A DNA stretch of 64,000 bases from Candidatus Poribacteria bacterium. GTDB lineage: Bacteria; Poribacteria; WGA-4E; PCPOR2b. The position numbers were made by a program, and so were the translations under genes. The stretch spans positions 2,752,001-2,816,000 of the forward strand of contig OZ244042.1 of the NCBI GenBank assembly GCA_965215015.1, written 5' to 3'. Below are positions 9,077 to 17,874 of this stretch, piece after piece. Under the pieces are notes generated by a model. The model did not search any database. It saw nothing but the letters and a program-made list of their open reading frames with translations, and was not told the DNA's origin. How positions within the stretch are numbered: position 1 is the stretch's first letter; the number at the start of each line of letters is the position of its first letter.

Positions 9077-10936
9077 CTAGGGAGATATTTTCCACAGGAG
9101 CACTGTGCCATCCCTACTCCCACTTGCCAATGTCCCCCCATCGGGACTGAACGATACGCTCATGACCTTATCCGTATGCCCGATAAGTGCCCTCTTCTGT
9201 TCACCTGTCACGGCGTCCCACAACCGAACTGTACCGTCCCAACCCGCACTTGCCAATGTCCTCCCGTCTGGACTGAAGGCTATGCTCGTGACCGAATCCG
9301 TATGCCCGATAAGCATCCCCTTCGGTTTACCCGTCACAGCGTCCCACAACCGAACTGTACCGTCCCAACCCGCACTTGCCAGCATCCCTCCATCAGAACT
9401 GAATACCATGCTCGTGACCACACCCATATACCCGATAAGCCTCCGCTGCTGTTTCTGTTTACCCGTCACAGCGTCCCACAACCGAATCGTCTCGTCATAA
9501 CTCGCACTTGCCAGCATCCCTTCATCGGGACTGAACGATACGCTATAGACCCAACTCGTATGCCCGATAAGTGCCCTCTTTTGTTCACCCGTCACAGTGT
9601 CCCACAATCGCACTGTTTTGTCCCCACCCCCACTTGCCAATGTCCTTCCATCTGGACTGAAGGCTATGCTCGTGACCTTACCCGTATACCCGATAGGTGT
9701 CCCCTTCTGTTTACCCGACACCGCTTCCCACAAACGAATATCGCCCAGCATACCCACACTTGCCAGCGTCCGTCCATCCGGACTGAACGATACGCTCTCG
9801 ACCAAACCATAGACCTCACCCGTATGCCCGATAAGCCTCCCCTTCTGTTTACCCGTCACAGCGTCCCACAAACGAACTGTCTTGTCCCCACCCCCACTTG
9901 CCAGCGTCCCTCCATCTGGACTGAACGATACGCTCTCGACCAAATCCGTATGCCCGATAAACCTCCCCTTCTGTTCACCCGTCACCGCGTCCCACAACCG
10001 AATCGTCTTGTCATAACTCGCACTTGCCAGCATCCCTCCATCGGGACTGAAGGCTATGCTCGTGACCTCACTCGTATGCCCGATAAACCTCCCCTTCTGT
10101 TTACCCGACACCGCATCCCACAATCGCACCGTCTTGTCCCGACTCCCACTTGCCAATGTCCCTCCATCGGGACTGAAGGCTACGCTATAGACCAAACCCG
10201 TATGCCCGATAAGTGTTCCCTTCTGTTCACCCGACACCGCGTCCCACAAACGCACTGTATTGTCCCGACTCCCACTTGCCAATGTCCCTCCATCGGGACT
10301 GAAGGCTACGCTATGGCCCCAACCCGTATGCCCGATAAGTGTTCCCTTCTGTTTACCCGACACAGCGTCCCACAAACGAACCGTCTTGTCCCAACCCACA
10401 CTTGCCAGCGTCCCTCCATCTGGACTGAACGATACGCTCTCAACCGAATCCGTATGCCCGATAAATGTCCCCTTCGGTTCACCCGACATGGCGTCCCACA
10501 ACTGCACTGTACCGTCCCCCTCCCCACTTGCCAATGTCCCTCCATCCGGACTGAAGGCTACGCTACTGCAACCCGTATGCCCGATAAGTGTTCCCTTCTG
10601 TTTACCCGACACGGCGTCCCACAACCGAACCGTCCCGTCCCGACTCCCACTTGCCAGCGTCCCTCCATCCGGACTGAACGATGCACTACTGACCGAATCC
10701 GTATGCCCGGTGAACAGGGCAACCTCTTGATAGGTTTGTGCATCATAAATCCAGATACCGATGGAACTCGCAACAGCGAGACGAGTCCCGTCGGGGGAAA
10801 ACTGTATTTCACGTATTAAGCCTTTACCGAGGCGCGCTGTGGCACCTTCGGGTAAACCCCATTGCGTATAGTCCTGGGCAAGGACGTTTGATGAAAATAG
10901 AATAAAAAGAACAAGTAATATTACGGTTGTTTTCAT
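9077..10936 (-). CDS. Secreted WD40-repeat protein (14 repeats)
   Basis: True start MKTTVILL at 10936 (paralogous signal peptide); 14 repeats; ends LLWKISP*. Confidence 0.92.
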   Translation of the reverse strand: MKTTVILLVLFILFSSNVLAQDYTQWGLPEGATARLGKGLIREIQFSPDGTRLAVASSIGIWIYDAQTYQEVALFTGHTDSVSSASFSPDGGTLASGSRDGTVRLWDAVSGKQKGTLIGHTGCSSVAFSPDGGTLASGEGDGTVQLWDAMSGEPKGTFIGHTDSVESVSFSPDGGTLASVGWDKTVRLWDAVSGKQKGTLIGHTGWGHSVAFSPDGGTLASGSRDNTVRLWDAVSGEQKGTLIGHTGLVYSVAFSPDGGTLASGSRDKTVRLWDAVSGKQKGRFIGHTSEVTSIAFSPDGGMLASASYDKTIRLWDAVTGEQKGRFIGHTDLVESVSFSPDGGTLASGGGDKTVRLWDAVTGKQKGRLIGHTGEVYGLVESVSFSPDGRTLASVGMLGDIRLWEAVSGKQKGTPIGYTGKVTSIAFSPDGRTLASGGGDKTVRLWDTVTGEQKRALIGHTSWVYSVSFSPDEGMLASASYDETIRLWDAVTGKQKQQRRLIGYMGVVTSMVFSSDGGMLASAGWDGTVRLWDAVTGKPKGMLIGHTDSVTSIAFSPDGRTLASAGWDGTVRLWDAVTGEQKRALIGHTDKVMSVSFSPDGGTLASGSRDGTVLLWKISP

Positions 10937-10952
10937 GTAAATTTTTACCCTC

Positions 10953-11158
10953 TCACCTGTATTTATCGGGGGTGTGGTGAAGCCCCAGTCAATCTGGCGA
11001 GCGGTCTCCGGTAGCCCATCAAGCCGGATAATCACGAGGTCTGTCTCCACATTTTTGGCTACCACATGGCCCTTGGTATAATAACCGAGTCGCTTTAACA
11101 CGCTACGATTCTCTAGATAGAACTCCCGCTCTCTAATCAGTTTTCCGTTCTCATCGGG
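10953..11158 (-). pseudogene. Second duplicated internal fragment of the trypsin domain (still open, in frame with the downstream WD40 gene)
   Basis: Near-copy of 6555-6760; appears as the N-terminal extension of ORF 9077..11185. Confidence 0.85.
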
Positions 11159-11166
11159 GCTGCACG

Positions 11167-12753
11167 CTAGGGAGATACTTTCCACAGGAGCACTGTACCG
11201 TCCTCACTCCCACTTGCCAATGCCCCTCCATCTGGACTGAACAATAGGTTCGTAACCTCATCTGTATGTCCGATAAGCCTCCCCTTCTGTTCACCTGTAA
11301 CGGCGTCCCACAAACGAACTGTACCGTCTCCACTCGCACTTGCCAATGTCCCTCCATCCGGACTGAAGGCTACGCTCGTGACCCTACCCGTATGCACGAT
11401 AAGCCTCCCCTTCTGTTCACACGTTACGGTATCCCACAAACGAACTGAACGGTCCGTACTCCAACTTGCCAGTGTCCCCCCATCTGGACTGAAGGTTACG
11501 CCCTTGACCCAACTCGTATGCTCGATAAGCCTCCCCTTCTGTTCACACGTTACGGTATCCCACAAACGCACTGTACCGTCATAACTTGTCAATGTCCCTC
11601 CATCTGGACTGAAGGCTACGGTCATGACAGAACCCGTATGCCCGATAAGTGTCCCCTTCTGTTCACCCGTTACGGCGTCCCACAAACGCACTGTACCGTC
11701 ATAACTTGTCAATGTCCCTCCATCTGGACTGAAGGCTACGGTCATGACAGAACCCGTATGCACGATAAGTGTCCCCTTCTGTTCACCTGTAACGGCATCC
11801 CACAACCGAACCGTCTCATCCGTACTCCCACCTGCCAATGTCCTTCCATCTGGACTGAAGGCTACACGCCAGACCCCATACCTATGCCTGATAAGTGTCC
11901 CCTTCTGTTCACCCGTTACGGCGTCCCACAAACGCACTGTACCGTCCCCACTCCCACCTACCAATGTCCCACCATCTGGACTGAAGGCTACGCTCATGAC
12001 CGAACCCGTATGCCCGATAAGCCTCCCCTTCTGTTCACCTGTAACGGCGTCCCACAAACGAACCGTCTTATCCCTACTCCCACTTGCCAATGTCCTTCCA
12101 TCTGGACTGAAGGCTACACGCCAGACCCCATACCTATGCCTGATAAGTGTCCCCTTCTGTTTACCCGTCACAGCGTCCCACAATCGCACTGTAGTGTCCA
12201 CACTCCCACTTGCTAATGTCCCTCCATCTGGACTGAAGGCTACGCTCATGACCGAACCCGTATGCCCGATAAGCCTCCACTTCTGTTTACCTGTAACGGC
12301 ATCCCACAACCGAACCGTCTTATCCTCCCAACTCCCACTTGCCAATGTCCCTCCATCTGGACTGAAGGCTACGCTCATGACCGAACCCGTATGCCCGATA
12401 AGTGCTCCCTTGTGTTCACCCGTTACGGCGTCCCACAACCGCACTGTATCGTCATAATAACCCCCACTTGCCAATGTCCCTCCATCTGGACTGAAGGCTA
12501 TGCTATGATCCCAATCCGCACCGGTGAACAGGGCAACCTCTTGATAGGTTTGTGCATCATAAAGCCAGAGACCGATGGAACTCGCAACAGCAAGACGAGT
12601 CCCGTCGGGGGAAAACTGGATTTCACCAGATAGCGACCCTTTACCAAGGCGCGCGGTGGCACCTTCGGGTAAACCCCATCGCGTATAGTCTTGGGGAGGG
12701 ACGTTTGATGAAAAAAGAATAAAAAGAATAGGTAATGTTACGGTTGCTTCCAT
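11167..12753 (-). CDS. WD40-repeat protein (12 repeats) with degenerate signal peptide
   Basis: AAGGAG RBS; MEATVTLPILFILFSSNVPPQD; 12 repeats; ends LLWKVSP*. Confidence 0.92.
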   Translation of the reverse strand: MEATVTLPILFILFSSNVPPQDYTRWGLPEGATARLGKGSLSGEIQFSPDGTRLAVASSIGLWLYDAQTYQEVALFTGADWDHSIAFSPDGGTLASGGYYDDTVRLWDAVTGEHKGALIGHTGSVMSVAFSPDGGTLASGSWEDKTVRLWDAVTGKQKWRLIGHTGSVMSVAFSPDGGTLASGSVDTTVRLWDAVTGKQKGTLIRHRYGVWRVAFSPDGRTLASGSRDKTVRLWDAVTGEQKGRLIGHTGSVMSVAFSPDGGTLVGGSGDGTVRLWDAVTGEQKGTLIRHRYGVWRVAFSPDGRTLAGGSTDETVRLWDAVTGEQKGTLIVHTGSVMTVAFSPDGGTLTSYDGTVRLWDAVTGEQKGTLIGHTGSVMTVAFSPDGGTLTSYDGTVRLWDTVTCEQKGRLIEHTSWVKGVTFSPDGGTLASWSTDRSVRLWDTVTCEQKGRLIVHTGRVTSVAFSPDGGTLASASGDGTVRLWDAVTGEQKGRLIGHTDEVTNLLFSPDGGALASGSEDGTVLLWKVSP

Positions 12754-12945
12754 TTAAATTTCTACTCCTTAGCGGTTAATTGCCATTTTGTAGGCGGCAC
12801 CTCGGCGGGCACACTCTCTACCACAAAATTTACAGGGACCTGCTTGCCTTCTCCTATTTGGGCCATTTCCATAGAATAACCATCACAACCAATGTTAGGG
12901 ACATACGCCTAAGCATAAATGCTTGGCTTGTCAGAAATTACTTTC

Positions 12946-12954
12946 ATTATAGCA
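12946..12954 (-). promoter_or_regulatory. Extended -10 promoter candidate for the WD40 cluster
   Basis: TGcTATAAT on the minus strand about 190 nt upstream of the first WD40 gene. Confidence 0.55.
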
Positions 12955-13134
12955 CATCTGCCTGTAAGGAAAAAGAAAAAATCAGGAGGCGGACTTGCAG
13001 ACTTTTACCTGAGTGTCTATCAACTCTGCCAGTAAGTGCTCGACATCAACACGAGCAGCTGTCCGGTCTGTGATGAGATCCTCGCCAAATTGGGAAGTTT
13101 CTCCAACTCACAAAATAGGCATCCCCCGTACTGA

Positions 13135-13227
13135 CTGTGTATCGCAGCTTGGACACTGCCATCTCCTGTCACGCAGATTCAACGCTTCATTCACAAAACC
13201 ACAAGCCGAACAGGTCTGACTAGAGGG
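13135..13227 (-). pseudogene. tnpB: TnpB (IS200/IS605 OrfB) zinc-ribbon fragment
   Basis: Minus strand reads PSSQTCSACGFVNEALNLRDRRWQCPSCDTQ, the typical TnpB PSSxxCxxCG...RxWxCPxC region; the downstream DRDxNAA motif is missing. Confidence 0.8.
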
Positions 13228-13377
13228 CTACCACTTGTCCCGGATTGTCCCCTACTTATGCTCTCCCCACCGCTAAGAACCCAAGCACCCCCTCAGTCCC
13301 CCTGCAAGCAGGAGGAAGGACAAATTCCCCCTTGCTTGCGGGGGGGTTAGGGGGGGTAAAAAAATACGACTTTTTCG

Positions 13378-13406
13378 TTGCAGAATTGGACAGTCCCTGC
13401 TATGAT
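13378..13406 (+). promoter_or_regulatory. Sigma70-type promoter, copy 1
   Basis: TTGCAG-N17-TATGAT with extended -10 TG. Confidence 0.55.
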
Positions 13407-13683
13407 AATCTAAGTCGCTAGATAGCCCATAGTCAAGCTTCGATTTGTCCCGGATCGTCCCCTACTTGCGTCCTCCCCATTGCTAAGAACCCAAGCATCC
13501 CCTCAGTCCCCCTGCAAGCAGGAGGAAAAGAGCCCCCGCAAGCGGTGGGGGCTCCCGCTTGCGTCCCACCGCTGCAAATTTCCCCCGAAAGAACCCCCTC
13601 GGTCCCCCCGCCGGCGGGAGGAAGGACAAATTCCCCCTTGCTTGCGGGGGGGTTAGGGGGGGTAAAAAAATACGATTTTTTCG

Positions 13684-13712
13684 TTGCAGAATTGGACAGT
13701 CTCTGCTATGAT
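13684..13712 (+). promoter_or_regulatory. Sigma70-type promoter, copy 2, upstream of the TPP enzyme
   Basis: TTGCAG-N17-TATGAT with extended -10 TG. Confidence 0.6.
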
Positions 13713-13825
13713 AATTTAAGTCGCTAGATAGCCCATAGTCAAGCTTCGATACTCGACACCTAAGACAAGCTATCAAACAGTCAAGTCAAATCATAAATCC
13801 ATTTTTAGACATACCGGAGGACTCA

Positions 13826-15559
13826 ATGCGAAAAACGATTAGCGGTACAGGCGGGATGATTCTGGTCAAGATGCTCAAGGAGTGCGGGGTCGAATATCTC
13901 TTTACCAACCCCGGCTCAGCAGAAACGGGTCTATTCGCAGCTGTCGCCGAAGATGGTGATTTGCGGATTGCCATGGCGAAACATGAGGGGCTAGTCTCCG
14001 CCATGGCAGATGGATACCACCGCACTAGCGGCAGGGTGGGGGTAGCGATTGCCCATGTGACCGGAGGCTCACTTCAGATGGCGGGGCAGCTCTACAACGC
14101 CCAGATGGCAGGCTCGGCGGTGGTTGTTATTGCCGGGGATTGGACGAAGGAGGTCCAGGATTTCCGAGGCTTAACCCCCTTTCCCGGCCTAAGTCAAGCA
14201 GAGCTGATGCGCGGCATGACCAAAGAGGCGCGTTGTGCGTATCAAGTGAGTTATCAGCCGGAGGCACTTACGTTGGCGACAGCGAGAGCGATGCGTGAAG
14301 CGACGAACCCACCCACGGGCCCTGTTTTTATCTCGGTGAGTGCGGATCTGCTCAATCGTGAAGGCCTTGAGGCAGAGATTGGAGAAGGCGCAGGCTATCA
14401 TATTGAAGGGCCGGGAGCGGCGCGGCCCCAAACCACCGAAGCAATTGCTCGAAAGCTCGGTGAGTGTGGCTGTCCTGCCCTGATGTTCGGCGATGACGTC
14501 TGGAACCAAAACGCACAAGATGAAGCTGTAGAACTAGCGGAGTTACTTGGCGCACCGGTTGTCAGCAGCCGACAGACCAGTGCCAACTTCCCGACGCACC
14601 ACCCGTTGTACTGTGGCGGTTATCCGATGGCAAAAGAATTTTCCGAGATGACGGGTCTGCAACCGGATCTCCTGTTCATGGTCGGCTGTCGAGGGCTTCA
14701 TGGGGATGCGGCGGAACCGACCGTGATGCAGATTGGTCCCAATCCAACACTGATGGGCAGGCACTATCCGCTCGACCTAGCTGCCCAGTGTAACTTAAAG
14801 GAGACCCTACCCGCCCTATGTGAGACCATATCCAGTCTGTACGGGACTGATGCCATCGAGTTGTGGCGAACCCAACGCGCCAAGGTCTCAACCTACGCCA
14901 AACGCCTGCTTGAACGTGAGGAGGCAGTTGTGCGGGAACATGCGGACGACGATGTGATTCATCCCAGTCTGTTAGAGGCACAGATGGCAACGTTCCTGCC
15001 GAAAAACTCGATAATCATTGGAGAGAATCCAACCGCCCGAACAACACTGCTGCCGTTTGGATATCAACAGATGTGGCGGTTCGGTGGGGGCGGGGGTTCG
15101 CTCGGATGGGCGGTCGGCGGTGCGGTTGGCGCGAAGATTGGGATTGGAGACGAGAGGCCCGTCGTTTTGAGCATCGGCGATGGCTCGCTTACCTACAGCG
15201 CAGCGGGGTTCTGGTCAATGGCTCGCTATAAGACCCCTGTGTTGACGATTGTTTCTAACAACGAAAGCTATCAGGTGGTGCGTATCAACTGGGCGCGGGA
15301 AATGCCGGACAGTCAGATGGTGCAGGAGGGCAAATATCCCGGACTCTTCCTTGGGGGACCGTCCATTGATTACGCTGCGCTTGCTCGGGCTCAGGGGGTA
15401 GATGGCGAACGTGTCGCCGATCCGTCAGAGTTAGAGGCAGCACTAAAGCGGGGAATTGACTGTATCACCAAAGAAAATCGACCGTATTTGCTTGATGTCG
15501 TCGTAGCGCGGGAGGGGACCGGTCATGAGTCCGAATGGCATCAGGGTTGGCAGCTATAG
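13826..15559 (+). CDS. Thiamine pyrophosphate-dependent enzyme (benzoylformate decarboxylase/acetolactate synthase family)
   Basis: GGAGG RBS; FTNPGSAE, HEG..MADGY and the GDGS...NN TPP-binding motif. Confidence 0.92.
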   Translation: MRKTISGTGGMILVKMLKECGVEYLFTNPGSAETGLFAAVAEDGDLRIAMAKHEGLVSAMADGYHRTSGRVGVAIAHVTGGSLQMAGQLYNAQMAGSAVVVIAGDWTKEVQDFRGLTPFPGLSQAELMRGMTKEARCAYQVSYQPEALTLATARAMREATNPPTGPVFISVSADLLNREGLEAEIGEGAGYHIEGPGAARPQTTEAIARKLGECGCPALMFGDDVWNQNAQDEAVELAELLGAPVVSSRQTSANFPTHHPLYCGGYPMAKEFSEMTGLQPDLLFMVGCRGLHGDAAEPTVMQIGPNPTLMGRHYPLDLAAQCNLKETLPALCETISSLYGTDAIELWRTQRAKVSTYAKRLLEREEAVVREHADDDVIHPSLLEAQMATFLPKNSIIIGENPTARTTLLPFGYQQMWRFGGGGGSLGWAVGGAVGAKIGIGDERPVVLSIGDGSLTYSAAGFWSMARYKTPVLTIVSNNESYQVVRINWAREMPDSQMVQEGKYPGLFLGGPSIDYAALARAQGVDGERVADPSELEAALKRGIDCITKENRPYLLDVVVAREGTGHESEWHQGWQL

Positions 15560-15593
15560 GACAAATTTCCGCGTTCTGTTTCGGAGGAAAAAT

Positions 15594-15752
15594 ATGCGTT
15601 TTGGGGTGCAGTTATGTGCCTTGGCTTTCTCGGCGATGTTATCCATCACAGTTGTTGCTGATGAGAAAGACGCAGATATTATTATGCTGGAAGATATCAC
15701 GGTCACCGCCCAAAAGCGCGACCATGGGTCAGGCTCCATATCGCGGTTGTAA
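15594..15752 (+). pseudogene. Stub of a TonB-dependent receptor (signal peptide + TonB box), 52 aa
   Basis: GGAGG RBS; hydrophobic signal followed by LEDITVTAQKR, then a stop. Confidence 0.7.
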
Positions 15753-15755
15753 GAG

Positions 15756-17819
15756 ATGTTCAACAAATCTTTTTTGCCAAAAGCACTTTTTGAATTCGTC
15801 ATCATCTCCGATTCCCACTATATGCTCGATCCGGGCACGGTATCTCTCGAATTTGAGAATCGTCGGCAGCAATCTACTCGGCGGGGGATAGCCCTGCACA
15901 TGGCGGCAGCACTTGCGCCTAAATTCATTGTGCACAACGGGGATATGGTTCAGGAATATCCCGACAATTTAGAGCAATTTTACAAATCAATGGGCGAATC
16001 GCTTGAACAGCTACAAGTGTGCGGCATTGAACCTTACTATGTTGCGGGAAATCATGACATCGGCGATAAACCCGATCCCACCGCGCCCGCTTCCCACGTC
16101 AGTCGGGAGGTGTTGGATTGGTATCATCGGACATTCGGGGAATCATGGTATAGTTTCAATCAGGGGGATTGCCATTTTACGGTTCTCAACTCGCAGATTA
16201 TGAATGGTACGCTCCCTGATGCCGCTGAACAAGCGGCATGGGTAGAAAAGGATTTGGCTGAACATGCGAAGAAGCGTCTTTTCATCCTTCTGCACATGCC
16301 GCCCTATCTGTTCGATGAAACCGAACCCTCGATGGGACATTACGACAATCTAGCAAATCCCGCAAGGGCTTGGCTGCTTGATTTGGTGCGGCGTTACAAG
16401 GTCGAGCTGCTCATTGCCGGCCATGTCCACTTCGCCTTCTTTGATCACTTAGCGGAAACACGATACACGGTATTAGCCTCCCCTGTATTCACCCGCCCCG
16501 GGTTTTCCTGCCTGTTTGCCGGTCCGCCCCCGCCCCAACGAGGGCGCGATGACGCCCCTAAATTTGGATTTTATCTCATGCGGGTAAGAGCGGACAAAAC
16601 GGATATTCATTTTATTCGGACATCTGGGGTTGACAGGCTTCCACCAAATACAGAAGAGCGGCTCATCACACGGGTCAGTGGTACACTCCCCCAATCTCCG
16701 CTGGGCATCACGCTAAGTCAACCGTTGGCGACGGTTGCCGAAATTCCACGCGCCTGGCCCGCTGTAATACGGGAGAAGGTGAGAAATGACTATCCCCTGC
16801 TTGCTTGCATGGAGATGGGGATTGGATATGTCCGGGCACCACTTACAGATTTTCAAGACACCTTCCAGCGGAGGCGTTTGGAAATCTTGCGTAAAGAGGG
16901 GGTGAAGCTCAGTGCCATTGTCATTTTCTCCGAAGAATTTAATATCTTGGAGGCAATGTCCCAAATCTACCCAAGTATCGATGGGCTGGAAATTCAGATA
17001 GCTGGGATGCTTTATCCGTCGGGAAAATGTATTGAGGTTATCAAAGTTCTTCGGGAACGATTGGGTGTATCCGTTACATTGTTACCGATTGTTTGTAGAG
17101 AGGTAGTTTCAGAAAAACAGTTTCCTCGTTTTCGTCTCGGATACACTCCTCAAGAAATCCCAGCCCTTAACCAATTTTTAGAGGGAAATGGAGTAGCCAT
17201 TGATAGGATTATTTGCAAGTTGAATAACGATCAATCGCTGTGGGATCAGATTCAGGAAATCGCAGAAATCACGCCCTTCAGCCATATCTCCAACGTAGAT
17301 TTCAGTCTTGAGCTCTCAATGACGAATGACCAAACTAACGCAAATCTGGCCGCGGAGGGACTATTTTCGATGGCAACGATGCCGGGGTCCCGCATCTATT
17401 TTGAGCCCTTCATCGATCTTGACAGGACGATGGATGTAACGCATGGGCTTCTGGATACCCTTTGCAATCCACGCCTCGCAAGTTACACCCTGCAGTCCCT
17501 CAACACGATTATGCATAGCCGGTCGTTGGAGGTTTCAAGAGACTCACTTCGTCTGAAGCAGGTGAACGATTTGAAGGCTTTACAACTTTCGACCAATACC
17601 TCGACCTATACGCTGTTGTTGCACAGCAGGACAGAATCCATAACAAGCGAAGCAGTCAACATAGAAGCACTTTTGGAGGTGAGAAAGGGAGAACGGTTGA
17701 AGATTTACCAACTATCCAAGATAACGCTCCAAAGTGTAAATTTTCATGAAGCGAAAAACGGCATTTCGCTAACACCTGCTCAAACCCCTGTCCTCATTGA
17801 AAGTCCACCGATTTATTAG
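15756..17819 (+). CDS. Calcineurin-like metallophosphoesterase with a large C-terminal region of unknown function
   Basis: SDSH, NGD, GNHD, LHMP and GHVH motifs in the first ~240 aa. Confidence 0.88.
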   Translation: MFNKSFLPKALFEFVIISDSHYMLDPGTVSLEFENRRQQSTRRGIALHMAAALAPKFIVHNGDMVQEYPDNLEQFYKSMGESLEQLQVCGIEPYYVAGNHDIGDKPDPTAPASHVSREVLDWYHRTFGESWYSFNQGDCHFTVLNSQIMNGTLPDAAEQAAWVEKDLAEHAKKRLFILLHMPPYLFDETEPSMGHYDNLANPARAWLLDLVRRYKVELLIAGHVHFAFFDHLAETRYTVLASPVFTRPGFSCLFAGPPPPQRGRDDAPKFGFYLMRVRADKTDIHFIRTSGVDRLPPNTEERLITRVSGTLPQSPLGITLSQPLATVAEIPRAWPAVIREKVRNDYPLLACMEMGIGYVRAPLTDFQDTFQRRRLEILRKEGVKLSAIVIFSEEFNILEAMSQIYPSIDGLEIQIAGMLYPSGKCIEVIKVLRERLGVSVTLLPIVCREVVSEKQFPRFRLGYTPQEIPALNQFLEGNGVAIDRIICKLNNDQSLWDQIQEIAEITPFSHISNVDFSLELSMTNDQTNANLAAEGLFSMATMPGSRIYFEPFIDLDRTMDVTHGLLDTLCNPRLASYTLQSLNTIMHSRSLEVSRDSLRLKQVNDLKALQLSTNTSTYTLLLHSRTESITSEAVNIEALLEVRKGERLKIYQLSKITLQSVNFHEAKNGISLTPAQTPVLIESPPIY

Positions 17820-17874
17820 CACAGAAACCTATCGAAAAAATGTTAGCGGCGTTGAACAACAGAGGTGAAATTTC

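Larger units (their letters stand above)
13235..13750. repeat. Head-to-tail tandem duplication (210 bp + 306 bp copy with a 96-bp insert)
   Basis: 13235-13444 is repeated at 13445-13750; the insert is bounded by GGAGGAA at 13521 and 13617; contains the CCCCCTTGCTTGCGGGGGG dispersed palindrome. Confidence 0.9.

Noticed and set aside
9077-11185. 702-aa version of the middle WD40 gene
   Set aside because: The extension is the duplicated protease fragment and overlaps the upstream gene; the paralogous signal peptide starts at 10936
6930-12633. Long plus-strand ORFs (e.g. 9176..10819, 6930..8096)
   Set aside because: Antisense shadows of the repetitive WD40 coding sequence
6287-12753. Diversity-generating retroelement acting on the WD40 genes
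   Set aside because: No reverse transcriptase in the window and no template/variable pair with adenine-only differences was evident; variation includes indels and whole-repeat duplications
12764-12917. Short minus-strand ORFs upstream of the WD40 cluster
   Set aside because: Only ~20- and ~36-codon pieces with no recognisable family; possibly a decayed gene but not supportable
13340-13357. Telomere-like or G-quadruplex motif GGGGGGGTTAGGGGGGG
   Set aside because: Part of a dispersed palindromic repeat family; no independent evidence of function
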